In this document: positions 49,012-61,735 of the stretch, in pieces
Numbering within the stretch: the stretch's first letter is position 1
Layout of the letters: each line of letters begins with the position of its first letter
From: Spirogloea muscicola
Taxonomy: Eukaryota
NCBI GenBank assembly: GCA_009602725.1
Contig: WELB01000018.1
Location: 352,524 to 416,523 of the forward strand
DNA length: 64,000 nucleotides
Direction of reading: 5' to 3'
Notes under the pieces: model-generated
Database searches by the model: none
Told to the model about the DNA's origin: nothing
What the model saw: only the letters and a program-made list of their open reading frames with translations
Translations under genes and position numbers: made by a program

Positions 49012-52000
49012 ATGGCGTCGCGCCGTCGCTCTCCCATCGGCTGGCCGGGTGAGCCTCGCCGTCGAGTGCGGCCTGCCGTGTGAGGATGCTGATGTCGGCT
49101 TGGGCCCGGGAGGCCAGCTCCGTCGTGCAAGCAGCCAGACTGCAGCTGCGCTCCAGTCGCCTGCTGCGTTGTCATGACCGTTGAAGCTTGGAGCGAGGAG
49201 CGAAGTGAATGCCACTGTGACCACCGACGCTTCACAGTGACAGCACACTCGCTGTTGCACACCTGCTGTAGCTGCTGCCTGGTGCATTGCCGCCGTAGAG
49301 CCGCTACGTCAGCTTCGTCCTTTTCCGCCGAGTGCCCAAGTCAATTGAGCTTCCCCTAACGTCTCTCAGGCCATGCAGGGGCTGGTGGTGGTGCTGCTGC
49401 AGGCCTGTACTTCCTAGTTGTTGTCTGCTGCACTCGTCCTGGAGCTGGTAACACAGTAACCCAAGCCACTCTGCGCCGGCAACTTGCCTTGTGGCTTGAC
49501 TGAGCGTGCCGTGATGCTGCAGAGTCATCTGCCCTTCTGAGCTGCTGAGATGAAGCAAGGGCATAGGATATGCCAGCCCATGCATGCTATTTTACAGACT
49601 GTGCTGCTACTTTGCGCAGCTGAAGCACCTGCACCTGTTTTAGCTTGTTCACAAATGTGTCCCCCTGCTTCCTGCCTGCTGCTACAGGCTTGCTCCCTTT
49701 CAGGATAGTGTCAATTGAGCCAGCACCAATGGACGACATGCCACAACCAGAACTCGATGGGTTGACACCGATTACTGTGAGTCATTGCGCGTGTTTCACA
49801 CAATCTATCCTGGAAGGGTGGTGTATCTGGGTAACAGATTCGCATCAGGGCATCTGCTTGCAGTAAACAGATGCGTAGCAACTGCTCCATTTCGAATGCC
49901 TGCAGCCAACTCAGTCATGATGAGTGCAGATGACCTTCACAAGGGCTGCCCTAGCACTGGGTGCCGACCATGGCAGTAGCGGAGGTCAACAGCCTTTTGT
50001 TCTTTCTGAGCCAATTCCTGGCAAATATCACTGGTCGGCCACATCCCTAACAACTTGCAGAATCAGTGCTGGGTCCATATATGTCTTCGTGTGATGCACG
50101 TATGTTGCTGCTCACCCAGAAGCTTCAGATTGTCAGATTCCTTTGTTCCATTGAAGCCACTTTTTCAACCTTGCGCGACTGAATGTCATGTCTTTGTCCA
50201 CTCCTCAGAAACGCTTCACTCGCTTGATGCAGGGTCTCTACCTCAGTATACAGATTTGACCCTGATGAAACCTGGCCTCCTGATCTGACCATCGCACTGA
50301 ATCTTTGTCGTAACTACACCTCTTTTGACGGTTATCAGTGAGTTCCCTGCTCAGGCCTCGGATCCACATTGCTGCAGATTCTGAATACTTAGGCATGACT
50401 CGCCTGATCCAGCTTCTGTAAGAATGCGTGATGGCAATTGAATGGTCAGGCAACATGTGACTGCAGGCTTGATACTGTTGATGGCAACTGAATGGTCAGG
50501 CAACATGTGACTGCAGGCTGGATACCGTTGGATTGTGGGACCACAAGCTGATACTCCACACAAGGCCCTTGAATATCAGTGTGGCCACTGTTCTATCCAC
50601 CAGTGCCACCAACTTCACAGTACGCAGTGCATGAAGATTTGTAAAACTGGGTGACGTACTGACTTGTATGACATACTTCATGTGTAGTATCATAACATAT
50701 GCCCTCAACCTCCCTTGGCCAAGCTGCAACTCGATTGTGTGCATCATGCTGCTAGGATTCTACTTTTGCAGGGTGGCATGTGGTCAAGCCAGCAGTGCTA
50801 CAGCGGCCATCATGAGGAACTGTCAGCCACTCATGAAGTGCCCCCTGATGGAAGGTATCATATCATCCTCCCTCTGCATTGCAAGCGCAGCCCTCTCACG
50901 GAGACATCCCTTGAGTTCACAAGGAACACGTTAGTGTCCATCTCCCGCACTCAAGAGGCTGCATGTGGTCTGGATGTTCCCCGGTGTTCTCCTGTCCTTT
51001 TATAATCAAATGGCTGCTTGTCTGCAGACTTGTCCTCACGTTCTCAAGCGCTGTCAACATTGCACGGGTGCAGGAGGCTTTAAGGGTATGGTTTCAGCCC
51101 TCAGCCAAGAAGTGTGGCGTCTAGCTTCCACCTGCAATGACGTGACCGGAGCTGCTAGACTGTGCAGGTCTGGTAGCTTATGTAGCAATAGTTGCTCTGG
51201 AGGACCCCACCTATCTCTGATTTGTAGCAATGTCTACCACTGCCAGATATTGCCCACTTCTGGGGCTGCTACGAATCATTTTGTAATCAACGTCACAAGG
51301 TGGCAAGATCCGCCAGATTGGCTAGCTTCGCCATGGAAGACATACAGTATGATGCAGAAACAATCCGGTCATGGGTGGTCCTCTCAGGACCATAGGCCCC
51401 ATCAATATGAATGATTGGTTGTGATTGTGCAGCTGACATCAAGCTCTGTAAGAGGTGCATTACAGTGGGGGTCAAAATACATTCTGACCTTTGCAGAGGG
51501 TGCAAGGCTTCACCCACTCGGAGGACCAATGAGCACCCCCTTCTCTGTCAAGATCACAGGACTCTGCAGATTCTTTATCCCACTTCGTAAGGAGACAAAG
51601 CCGCTCTTTCATATCAGCAGCCATCACTCCTTTTCAATGAAGATGCGACATCATATGAGCAATTACAACACATTTTTGTAAGTAGTAACTCAATCTGTTG
51701 CAATTGTCATGTCAGCTTCCATCTCAAATTGAGGGTGCACTGCATGTCATCATTGAATGGAACATTTGCTGACATGTTTTGTCGGCATTGGTTTGTTTTT
51801 GCTAATTTTGCTATCGTGAGTGCATCAGCTATCGTCGCCTTGTGCTCAACCTCCCACGTGGACTATGGACAAATGTGACAAGGAGGGCATTGAGGGAAGC
51901 TTTTGTTGTGCAAGAGGTGACGGGAAAGGGAACTCATGGCATACCACTGCCTATCAGCGTGTCACGCTTATCAGCAAGCTCCCTTTGTATTCACACTCCG

Positions 52001-55000
52001 CTGGAATGCGGGCGCAAATATGTGAGCATGCATTGTTTGGTTGAGCTTAAGAGCTACTGTTTGTCCTGTATCCGTTTAACGCTCCCATCACCATTGAGCG
52101 TATGCCACACCAGTGTGTCAGCCTCACCAGTGTCATCGATGTTGCATCTTGACCAGACTCATCATATTACTGCTATTGCATCCTAGCTGATCTTCGCATG
52201 ATCTGCATGACAGATACTCTTTGTCCGAAACATGAGTCTTGTCGTAGATGGATATGGGCAGCCTTTGGAGAGTTCAAGTGTCATCTTCAACATGGGCAAT
52301 GCATCTCTGCTCTTCACAGATGCATCCAATCCGTAGTTCGCCTGGAGCGGTTATGGTATTACAAGTCATCCTTGTTCTGCTACGATGATTGGCAGAGCAC
52401 CAGATTGCCCCTGCTTACACAAGCCAGTATAGTATCATCAGATGTTGGCAGGCTGCTGTCAGAGCCCGGAGAGTCCTGACGTGATGTGCATTTGCAGTGG
52501 CAGAATATGGAACTTTGTTGGAGGAGGGAACAGGTTGGGATGGTACTTGGCCCATCTTCACCCAAGGGCCTGTAACGTCTTGTGCAACAAGGTCTGATCA
52601 TGCCACTGCACAGAGCTGCGCTGTTGCTGCTACTCTGCCTTCACAGGGTCAATGCAGAATGTTTCAGAGCAATTCTTGCACTGAAGATTTTGCAGCAGCA
52701 CCAAGGAGCAGCTAACATCTGACACATCTCTCAGCTTGCTGTCTGTGAGAGCTTGGAATATCGCGAGTGCCATAAGCACATTAAGGAAGTGGAGCCTAGA
52801 CCCTGGCCTCCTTGAGTGGCTGACAACGGGAGCCTCAAGACGTCCTCCTGACTTTTCTGTGAGCACCTTGTTGTTGAGCATCCTACTTTTGCTTTTCCTT
52901 CAGGGGTAATTTACCCTCAATCCTTCACCATAAGGTCACGTTGTATAATCTGCTCCTTTCTCTACAGGATGCCTCTGAAAATGTCTTACAGTAGGAATTT
53001 GTTTGTCTTTTGGCAGGTTGACCTTCTTTCTGAGGAGGCAATGCAAATAACACCTGTCAATGCTACTAGGCTCCTCGGGACTTCAGGGTGCCTATTCTTT
53101 CTCCAACCATTCTTTCTCCAACTACCATAGTGCAACTTCAGATGAATTCTCCTACAGTGATTCGTGCTGCAAGATGTCACCAATGCAGGACTTTGAAGGG
53201 ACTACAAAGTACAGGCCCCAAAGTATATGAGCAATAATCACAGGGCATGTAACTGAGTCAAGTCACACTTTACTTGGGCAGAGTCTCCACATTACAGATG
53301 CATTATAAGGAGGATGGATGAAGCATGTCATGACTGTTCTCACAGTTGCCAAGCGCAGGCTTTTTACGTTGCAGATGCTAGAGCAGGATGTAGAGGAGGA
53401 GACTTTGGTAGATAACAGACTTCGCACGATAGGGGAGACAGGCCTCGGGGTTTCATACTTCTTTGAGGACCTGAGTCTCCACTTTTGGATGGTTGATCTC
53501 AAGACAGGGAGCCCCATCGAGGGAGCGCAAGTTCACTTGATAAAGGTTAACAGCTGCTTTACACATCCAAGTCTCGGTGCCTCTTTACCCTTGATGCTGT
53601 CTGCTCTACTACATTATTACCAATTTACTATGCTGTAGCATGTACATCCCAGCTTGAAATGGGCTATGGTCAATACTATGCATAAGTAGAGAATGCCTTC
53701 GATCATATCTCCACATTATGTGAGCTAAAATGACCAGCACATAACCAATTCCTCTCTATTCTATACAGACACACGCCAAGTAGTGTACATAAGCACGCAG
53801 GTGTTTGGTCCCTAAGCTTGTCATTTTGATATGCTATCTACCTACATCATGCACAGTAATGGTGCCATGCGTTCATCACGGTTGCAGCACAATCCATGGG
53901 AGCGCGAGAGAGGGAAACACGTGTCCTTCACAGGGAGCACAGATGAGAAGGGGCTGGCATCGCTCAAGCTACTGGAGTGCTGCGAGTCGAGTTATCTTGC
54001 TTTCATTCTGCATGATACAAAGGCCATCCACCTGTCAATGCCATACCAGTTTCTTGACCAGCATGACGAAACAGACCGTCATACAGCCGTTCTGATACTA
54101 GATCGACTCATGTACTATGCGAATGAGAGCCTGCAGGTGAAAGGGTATGTGCGCCAAGTGAAGCATTCTGAGGTGCGAATGCATTGCTCTCTGATTTGAT
54201 ATGAGTATGCCCTGTACACAAACTGATATTGACTGCAGTATTCTGTTGGCATCTTGCATCTGTAATTGCAGGATAGAGGTGTAAGTCAGACTCCCATGAG
54301 ATTTGTGGCTAGGCACGCTATGACATGGTACTATGTGGCGGAGTCGACTTGACTGAGCAAGTGAGCTTTTACGTGTCTATGTTGTGATCCTCAGCTGCAG
54401 CTTTCATCCTTGACGGCGAATTTCTATCTAAGAGTGAGGGTATCAACCACCTTCAAAAAGCATCCAGTTGTTCTTGATCCAACTTATGGAAGCTTCTCAG
54501 CGGAGATTCACATACCAGCCGGCACCATGCCTGGCTCATACGAGGTGGAGCTTGTTATGACAACCGCGGCAACGGCCATGGAGCCCTCCATGCAGCCTGC
54601 AATGTGGGGAGAGCCACATTATTCACGTGAAGATGTTGAAAAAGAGATGAGGGGTAGTGACTCTCAAGTAGATGACAGTCTTGGCTCCTCCTGGCGTACT
54701 GTAGCATACGAGCAGCGCGTGGGCATTATGACAGGAGCAACAGCAGTGCTGCAGGCAGGGCAAGACCCAAGCTCGCTGTACGACCATCAATTGGTGACAC
54801 TGACTTCAACAGATGTCTGTGTACTTGGAGAGCAAGCACCTGTTGTGACGCTTGACCTCGTTGCGGATCAAGTAGTGGCAAGGCCTGGAAAGTGTCTGAG
54901 TTTCACTGCAAAGATAAGAACCTACACAGGTGCACCTGTGGTGGGTGCTATGATTCAGATAAGTTGGGAAGTGACAACAGCTCCTAGCTCTCAAGATGAC

Positions 55001-58000
55001 ACTGCAATGGATGACAGGCCTTTGGTCGCTTTCATGGAAGGGGATTGTGCTGCTAAGGAAAGCGAAAACAAGACCTCAACCAACCCAGGTTCCACCTCCA
55101 TGGCTTCCACGTCAGAGGGATTGGCCGTTTTCAGGCTGCATATAGGTAGCCAAGAGCCACAACAATCTCTTTGGCTGACAGCAAAATTTGTGGGCCCTAG
55201 CAAGGAGATGGTTGTCAGGCAACTGTACATACCCATAGCCAAGAGCGATCTCAGTCTCAGACTCCTGCTCACACAGAGTCTCCCTTTGCCTGGGCAACAC
55301 TTTGGTGAGAACACGAGCTATATGTCCGCTGCTCATAACTTAGAGGCAGGCAGAAGGTGCAATCCATGATATGGCATCACATGAAAGTGAAGAACGTCTG
55401 AACTTACATTGCATGTATGTTGCGTGACTGTCACCAAGGATGTCACACTCACCAGCATTGCTCATTCACTACCTTCCATGCAGGTGTTCAAGTGCTTCTG
55501 GAAAGAGTGTTGAGAGATCGACCCCTATTTATTGAAGATTTGTACTCACCAGTGGTCAAACTGACATTGCTGGTCAACCAGACAAGCAAGAATGGCATGT
55601 CGCAAATGAAGGAAGTCTCTACTTGCCTCACCAATGCAACAATTCTGGATCCAAGTAGCAAGCTACAAGAATCTGGTCATCATCATGCAGGTTCCTTGTG
55701 CAGCTTCCAGATGCGCAAGATGGCCCATTATCTTCTGAAAGGGTGCCTCAATGATGCATCTGGCATTGAAATATGCAGTGCCCTTCCACTAGGGTCTTCC
55801 AAGCAGGTGAATACATAATAATGAATAGGTGGGTAGTCTTGCATAGATGTTTTTACACCTTGACATTGACATATAAGGATGTTCTGAGTATTGTTGCTGC
55901 AGCACTTACAGTCACACAACCTTGTTTTCTGCAGCAATGGAAAGACTGCCCTTTGTCCAGGCATGGGCGTTTCGTAAGCACACTGGACAAAGAGGAATAC
56001 AGTACGGGAGACACAGCGGTGGTCTCCTTCGATACACCATATACGAATGCTTGGGCCCTGGCAATGTGGGGACCAACTCATGGACGTCAGATGAAGACCT
56101 TCAAGCTGGATGGATTGCCAAGAACCTTAATTTCTATCATAATTGGAGATGAGTGTAGTAAAGGCTGTGCACTGCAAATTGTAAGTACTTGCAGTCTTCT
56201 ATTGGTGGCTAAGTTGCAGAAATGGTCTTGGCTGACCTTTGGCTTGAAGATTACATGATCTCTGATAAGCTGTGCTTGCTCCTGTGTGTGGTAGCTTGTA
56301 GCAGTTCCTCGACAAGTATCCACACTGTTATCAAAGAGATTGGCAGCTATCCCTTCCAGTGCAACGTTCGACATCAATGCTCCCACCACCCACAGCATGT
56401 TCTTGATACTGCCCATCCAGCAGATAGATGGAGCATTGGAAATTGACTTGGTTGGTCCTTGAGACTCTGGTCATATTGCACAGGCACACGGTTTGTTGCT
56501 AAATGAGAAGCATGATTGTTCCGCTTTAGTAAACAGGTCCTTATACCAGATTGCAGGAAATATTTAAAATTTGACCAGTAGCTTTATGCTCGTGCAAGCA
56601 TGCGCAGGCTGTTCCTGAAGCAGCACTTCCGTTGGACACTGAAGTGACAGTGGACATTGGCATATCTTGCCGTGGCTTGCCAGAATCCGATGTTGAACTG
56701 ACGGTTGTCGCCGTGGACAAAGCCACTTTGGGAATGGCACAATTCCCCTTGGCATCATTCAAGGAGAAATTCGACACAGCAAGTGTCAGCAACGACGGAA
56801 TGCATGGAGCGCTGGTGGTGTCGACACAGGAACGCCTGCTGGCGCCTAAGTACCTCCAGACTGTCGTCAAGAAATTTGAGCAGCTGAAGAAACTTGAACC
56901 TGGGCTTCGGTATGTACACAGCTTGTTACCTCGTCAAATAGGTCCTACTACTGCTTGAATCTTGCAGATGATTTGTGTCTACTCTGAATCAACCACCGAA
57001 ACCTGCTAATGCTGGGGACCTAGCTGTGCTCAATGAAAAGAAGGCTTACAGAAAGGAGCAATTGATACTAACTTGTCTGGAGACTTGGAATTGTCTTTCA
57101 CAGTATTCAAGACCTCTACAGAGAAAAGAATCCGTTGGAGCCCTTCAGAGCTGATTCCTGCCACAAGTAATTCATTGACATGGATGTAAACGAGGCCTTG
57201 ATGCAATTTACTTCCAGCCTTTCTGATGAGACAGGTTTGGTCTGAATTGAAATCTATAAGGCGAATCTGCACTGGATTGGCTTGCCTGGGCTGTTATGAG
57301 TGGCTGCCACAGTAGGTTTGACTTTCAGCACATGACGGGCATGGCTTAAGGACAGAGTAGTAGACACCTGTCACCAAAAGCTCAACCTTGCCTTGTTTCA
57401 ATATGAGCAGCTGACTTGACGAGGAGCCCCGATACTTTCAGTGTAGCTGATGCAATTTTCAAGCGTGAGAAGCCTGCCAAGTGGGCAGCGGTGAAGACGT
57501 GTCGTCTCACCAATGCCATCACACTCGTTCAGGACGAGCATGATGATGTCCTCTTCAGAAGGAGAACACACTTTAATCCCACGCTACTTTTTGCAACCCA
57601 GGTCGTTTCTGACAAGCTTGGCAAGGTAAGCAAGGCATGACCAATATTCCAGCGTGCGTCAATTTGCTGCACACTTGTGATCTAGCAATTGCTCTGGGAG
57701 GCAAAAACATATCAACGATCTGGCCATCAATAATACGTAAATAGCTCACTCTTTGATTGCAGGTGGCTCTTACGTTCCAGCTACCTGCCAATGTGCGTTC
57801 ACTAGCTATTCATGCCTATGCAGCTACCAAAGACCACAGGTTTGCTTCTGCAGAGGCACAGATGGTAGTGAGAAGATCAATATTGGTTCGAGCTTCTGCC
57901 CCCAAATTGGTCAGGCTTGGAGACACATTTGAGGCAGGAGTCATTGTCAGATTGGACTGCTATACACCAAAGAAGGGTATCAATGTGTCCATAGTGTTGA

Positions 58001-61000
58001 CATCAAGCGGGGTAAGCACTGTGGGTGACACTACAACAATAAACATAATGGGGTCAGCAACAGAAGAGGTAATCAACTGCAGTACTTGTACAGTTGCAGA
58101 GCCCCATATCTGAAGTTACTCGGAAAGCACAAGGAAGGCTTAGTATGTCCTCAAAATCTTATCTGTTGACATGCACTTGACATGTAGAGACTGATTTGTG
58201 TGAATATGAGACTCAGAGCAAGGCTTCAACAGTTGTGTTGAGAAGCCCATGCTTGCAGAGCTGGCTAGCTACTCATCACTTCAGTCCTCAACGTTTGACA
58301 ACCATTGGCTGCCTCATGCAGGCCTTGTTCCATTTCTCCGCACATGCTGTTGGTGTCGCTGTTTTACACTTCAAGGCTGTTGTGGGGAACGAGGTCGAGG
58401 ATCAAGTCGAAGCAAAAGTGCAGGTGGAAGCTTTGCATGAGATTGTGATGCTCTCGTCCAGCTTCGTACTGTCAGCTGGCGAGGAAGGCGTGGAGATCCC
58501 ACCAGCTCTTCCAGACTGTGAAAAGCTGATTATCTGAGCAGGGTAGTATTCGCCTGACCCAGATATCACCTGAGTTGAGAGGCAATTGAGCCGTTCGATT
58601 AGGTGTTTACATTGGTGTACTCCATAATTCGGGAAGAATACATTACAGCAGCATAATCATGTTGATGTGACAACCTCTTTTCTTTCAGGATTGGGAGGCA
58701 GCCAGCCATAGACGCAATCGCCCAGATCTTAGATATACACGCCCCTGTTCAAGATTGCATCTCCCATGAGTGGCTCATCGCTAAGCTGGCAGCTTCACTG
58801 TCTACGTCTGAGTACCTTCAAGGAAGTTCTCTGCTTCAGCTTGATGTACCTGAAGAAACATCCAGCAACCTCAGTGACTTGGTTGCAAGTGGTACGTACT
58901 TACATGCCTTCTTGTTGCTACAAGCATAACTTGGTCGCGATGGGTATCGTCCTGCACTCCAAGAGCCGAAGCAACTTGGCTGGAATGGTTCTGGCAAACA
59001 TGTGACTTCCTTAATGTGCTGCAAATTGCTCCCTTTAACCAGGTTCGCTCTGTTGGAGCTCCAGTCCTTGTGATGTGGGCTTTCAAGCTGTTGCCCTCTT
59101 CTTGCTGAGGCTGTTGGAACAATTGAACTGCCCCTTGCTGAGCCCGTCGCTCATTGAGTACCTGCAACGGAAGTGGCACGAGGGTCTCGTCCAGAGGTTG
59201 GCATCCTGTCACGAAGTCCAAGGCACCATGCGGATACCGCTTCTAGCTGAGGCGCGTCTTGCCCTCGGCACGTCCTGGGTGTCCAGAAGGCGCAGAGACA
59301 GAAGTCTCCGGAGAGATCTTGGCATGAGCCGTCTTCTTCAGCATGTGTCCCAGCTCTCAAATTTCCACAAAGCAGCACTAGGTCTTACTTTGTCAGCGTC
59401 CTTGGACAACTTCTACTCATCACTTTGGGCTTCAGAGCTAGCAAATATCATCACATCATTGCGAGCTGCCGTGAGAATCCAAGGCAGCACTGCATACATT
59501 ACCGAGGGGTCCAACCAGCCTGCCTCCAGATCTGCAAATGCCATGGCGCTACTACTTTTCACCAAGGCAAATCTGTTATTTGTGCTTCGAGCTCCGTGCA
59601 TGTTGAAGTCATGCACTGAACCCACCAAGTTCGAAGCATCCTACAGTAGCTGCTTAGTGCTGCTCTCTCTGATCAGGGTCTCTGAACAGCGTTTGTGATG
59701 TTGTCAATCCGGTGATTGCTTACTCAGGAAGTCCAATAAGTTGATTTCGTATCCAATCTTCTTTTCATTCTTATGGAAGACATTGTTCCTGTGGCTCAGA
59801 ATGACTGCTCAAGTTGAGAGCCACCTAACGAACACTTTTTTGCTGCAGCTCAATGGCACGGGAGTCACAGAAGAGAAACTGGCAAATCACCTTTCTGCAT
59901 ATAGCTCCTTGGGAGGCCAGAATCTGGGAATTTACTCCGTCAGCCCTAGGGAGGCTGCCTTGTGCATTATAGCACTTGCGCAGTACGACCGATCGAAGGG
60001 CAGTGTGAACAACGATCTTCAGCTTGAGGCTGCTGTTGGGAAGAAGAAGTTACTGACGGCCTCCTTCAGGCTTGGAGGGAGCTCACGTCTGGTACACAGA
60101 TCTTTCTCCTTTGAGGAGGTTGGCTCAGCCAGGCCAAGCATAAAATATCAGGCCACTGGCAAGGGAGAGGTATGATCCCACTGTGCCGCTTCCTGTACAT
60201 TGATGGAATGTTCAAGCTGACATCATCATGCCACCTTTTAAGCCCCTGCAGAGTCAGCATCATTCATGCCTACTGTGCGTGCAGGTATCTGTCACAACCA
60301 CAGTCAGCTATGTGCCGCTGAGAGTCATTACCTTCCCTCTTTTCCGTGGGCTGGATGTAAGACGGGTGATTCAGAGGGTAGATGTCTCAACAGGTGAAAC
60401 CCTTTTAGAGGATCTTACCTGGGTGAGTGAAGTAGCAGCAGTTCTCCAAGAAGCTCTAAGAACACTCCATCTGGTTGAAGCATTGTAGTCATGCTTAAGG
60501 TGCACAGCTTGTCAGACACCCAAGATGTGCTGCTTCTCCTCAGGTGTCCGCCAGCCCTCATAGCAGTGCATCAACCACCGGATTCGTCCATGACTGCAGG
60601 TGGAGGTCGGCTCAGTTGTACAAGTCACTCTCCAAATGACTACCCTTGACGATATTGAAGGTCTGCAGCTGGTCGACAAGCTGCCTGGAGGTTGTGAACC
60701 TCTTTCCTATCATGGTGCCTCTGACGCACCAGACCGCCTTTCTGGCTCCTATACTAAGTAAGTGCACACATGTCCTACTTAATCTGCAGCAGATGTGGAA
60801 GTCGCTCTTAACAGATCTTGTAGAGAATTTTCTTTCCAGCGTGCAAGATGGATGTCTTCAATTCATACAGCAATTCGATGGCTACCTACATTCACGAGCT
60901 TCTGAGCACTCAATCAACGGGGTATGCAATAAGTAAGCTCATGCCCATACGTCAAGCTTATGCAGGGGAGTCTCTACGTCGTGGTATGACGAGCAACAGA

Positions 61001-61735
61001 TGACTATGTCTGCAGTTCGGGTGTCTAGTGGCTTTCTCAAGGCAGGCACATACACATACAGTTACAAGGCAGTAGCCACCACCATTGGCATTTTCTCGCT
61101 TTTACCATGCCAGGCATCTGTCAAAGGCCAACCAGAGGTCATGGGCCTTGCCCCAGGCGGCCAGTTCTGGATAGTGCCTATGCTGACTCGTCCAAGCTCT
61201 CCTCCAAAGAGCAGGCTGTTTCTTGTACCTTATCTCTGCCCCCACGGCTGCAGGTCGAGGTTCCTTCCTTCAACTCAAGCTGGCTGCCAGCACTTGCATT
61301 TCAGGGATGCAATAAGGCCTCTGGTTTGTTGCTTCTAAGCACTGCTCCTTTTATCAGCGACTTGCAGAAAGCACATCCTGCGCAGAGCGTTAATAGTGGC
61401 TGCCCGTGTCCTACTGCTGTGACTGGTGCAGTGGCCACGGAGTCTGCAACGGGCTCACCAACAAATGCATCTGCGATAAGTTCTTCCAGGGTGCAGATTG
61501 TGCCACCCTTCAAAAGCCCAGTTTGATGATGCGGTTGCTCACACGGGACAACCTGGGTATGAGTGGCTTCAAAGAAGGAAGTCATGACGACGAAATATAC
61601 CACTTCATGTACTTCTCCTCTGGCGTGGTGGTCATGCTTGCGGCCTACTTGTTCTACAAGGGGACAAAGCGTGCTTGCCATATTTGGCACAAGCGAATTG
61701 CCTTACACTCACAAAGGACTCGTACCCTGCGGTGA
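49012..61735 (+). CDS. Bacterial-type alpha-2-macroglobulin family protein with C-terminal EGF domain and TM helix; ~30 exons; possibly a young pseudogene
   Basis: Colinear A2M motifs: EPIPGKYHWVSTSVYRFDP; ETGLGVSY...WMVDLKTGSPIEGAQV; LDRLMYYANESLQVKGYVR; LDKEEYSTGDTA; ELTVVAVDKATL; RTHFNPTLLF...SDKLGKVALTFQLPANV...APKLVRLGDTFEAGV; LVDKLPGGCEP; LKAGTYTYSYKAVATTIGIFSLLPCQASVKGQPEVMG. Then CPHGCSGHGVCNGLTNKCICDKFFQGADC and a hydrophobic helix. 5' start uncertain; first secure exon ~49704. Confidence 0.85.
50429..50530. repeat. 50-bp tandem duplication spanning a splice acceptor
   Basis: TGATGGCAAYTGAATGGTCAGGCAACATGTGACTGCAGGCTKGATACYGT twice, period 50. Confidence 0.9.

Noticed and set aside
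51412..58537. Selenocysteine or genetic-code reassignment for the in-frame stops
   Set aside because: One stop is TAG, the positions are not Cys-like, TGA terminates neighbouring genes, and no SECIS was recognised.
49012..61735. Bacterial contamination as source of the A2M and VLRF1 genes
   Set aside because: Both have many spliceosomal introns of the same style as flanking SEC10, NBP35 and OPA3.
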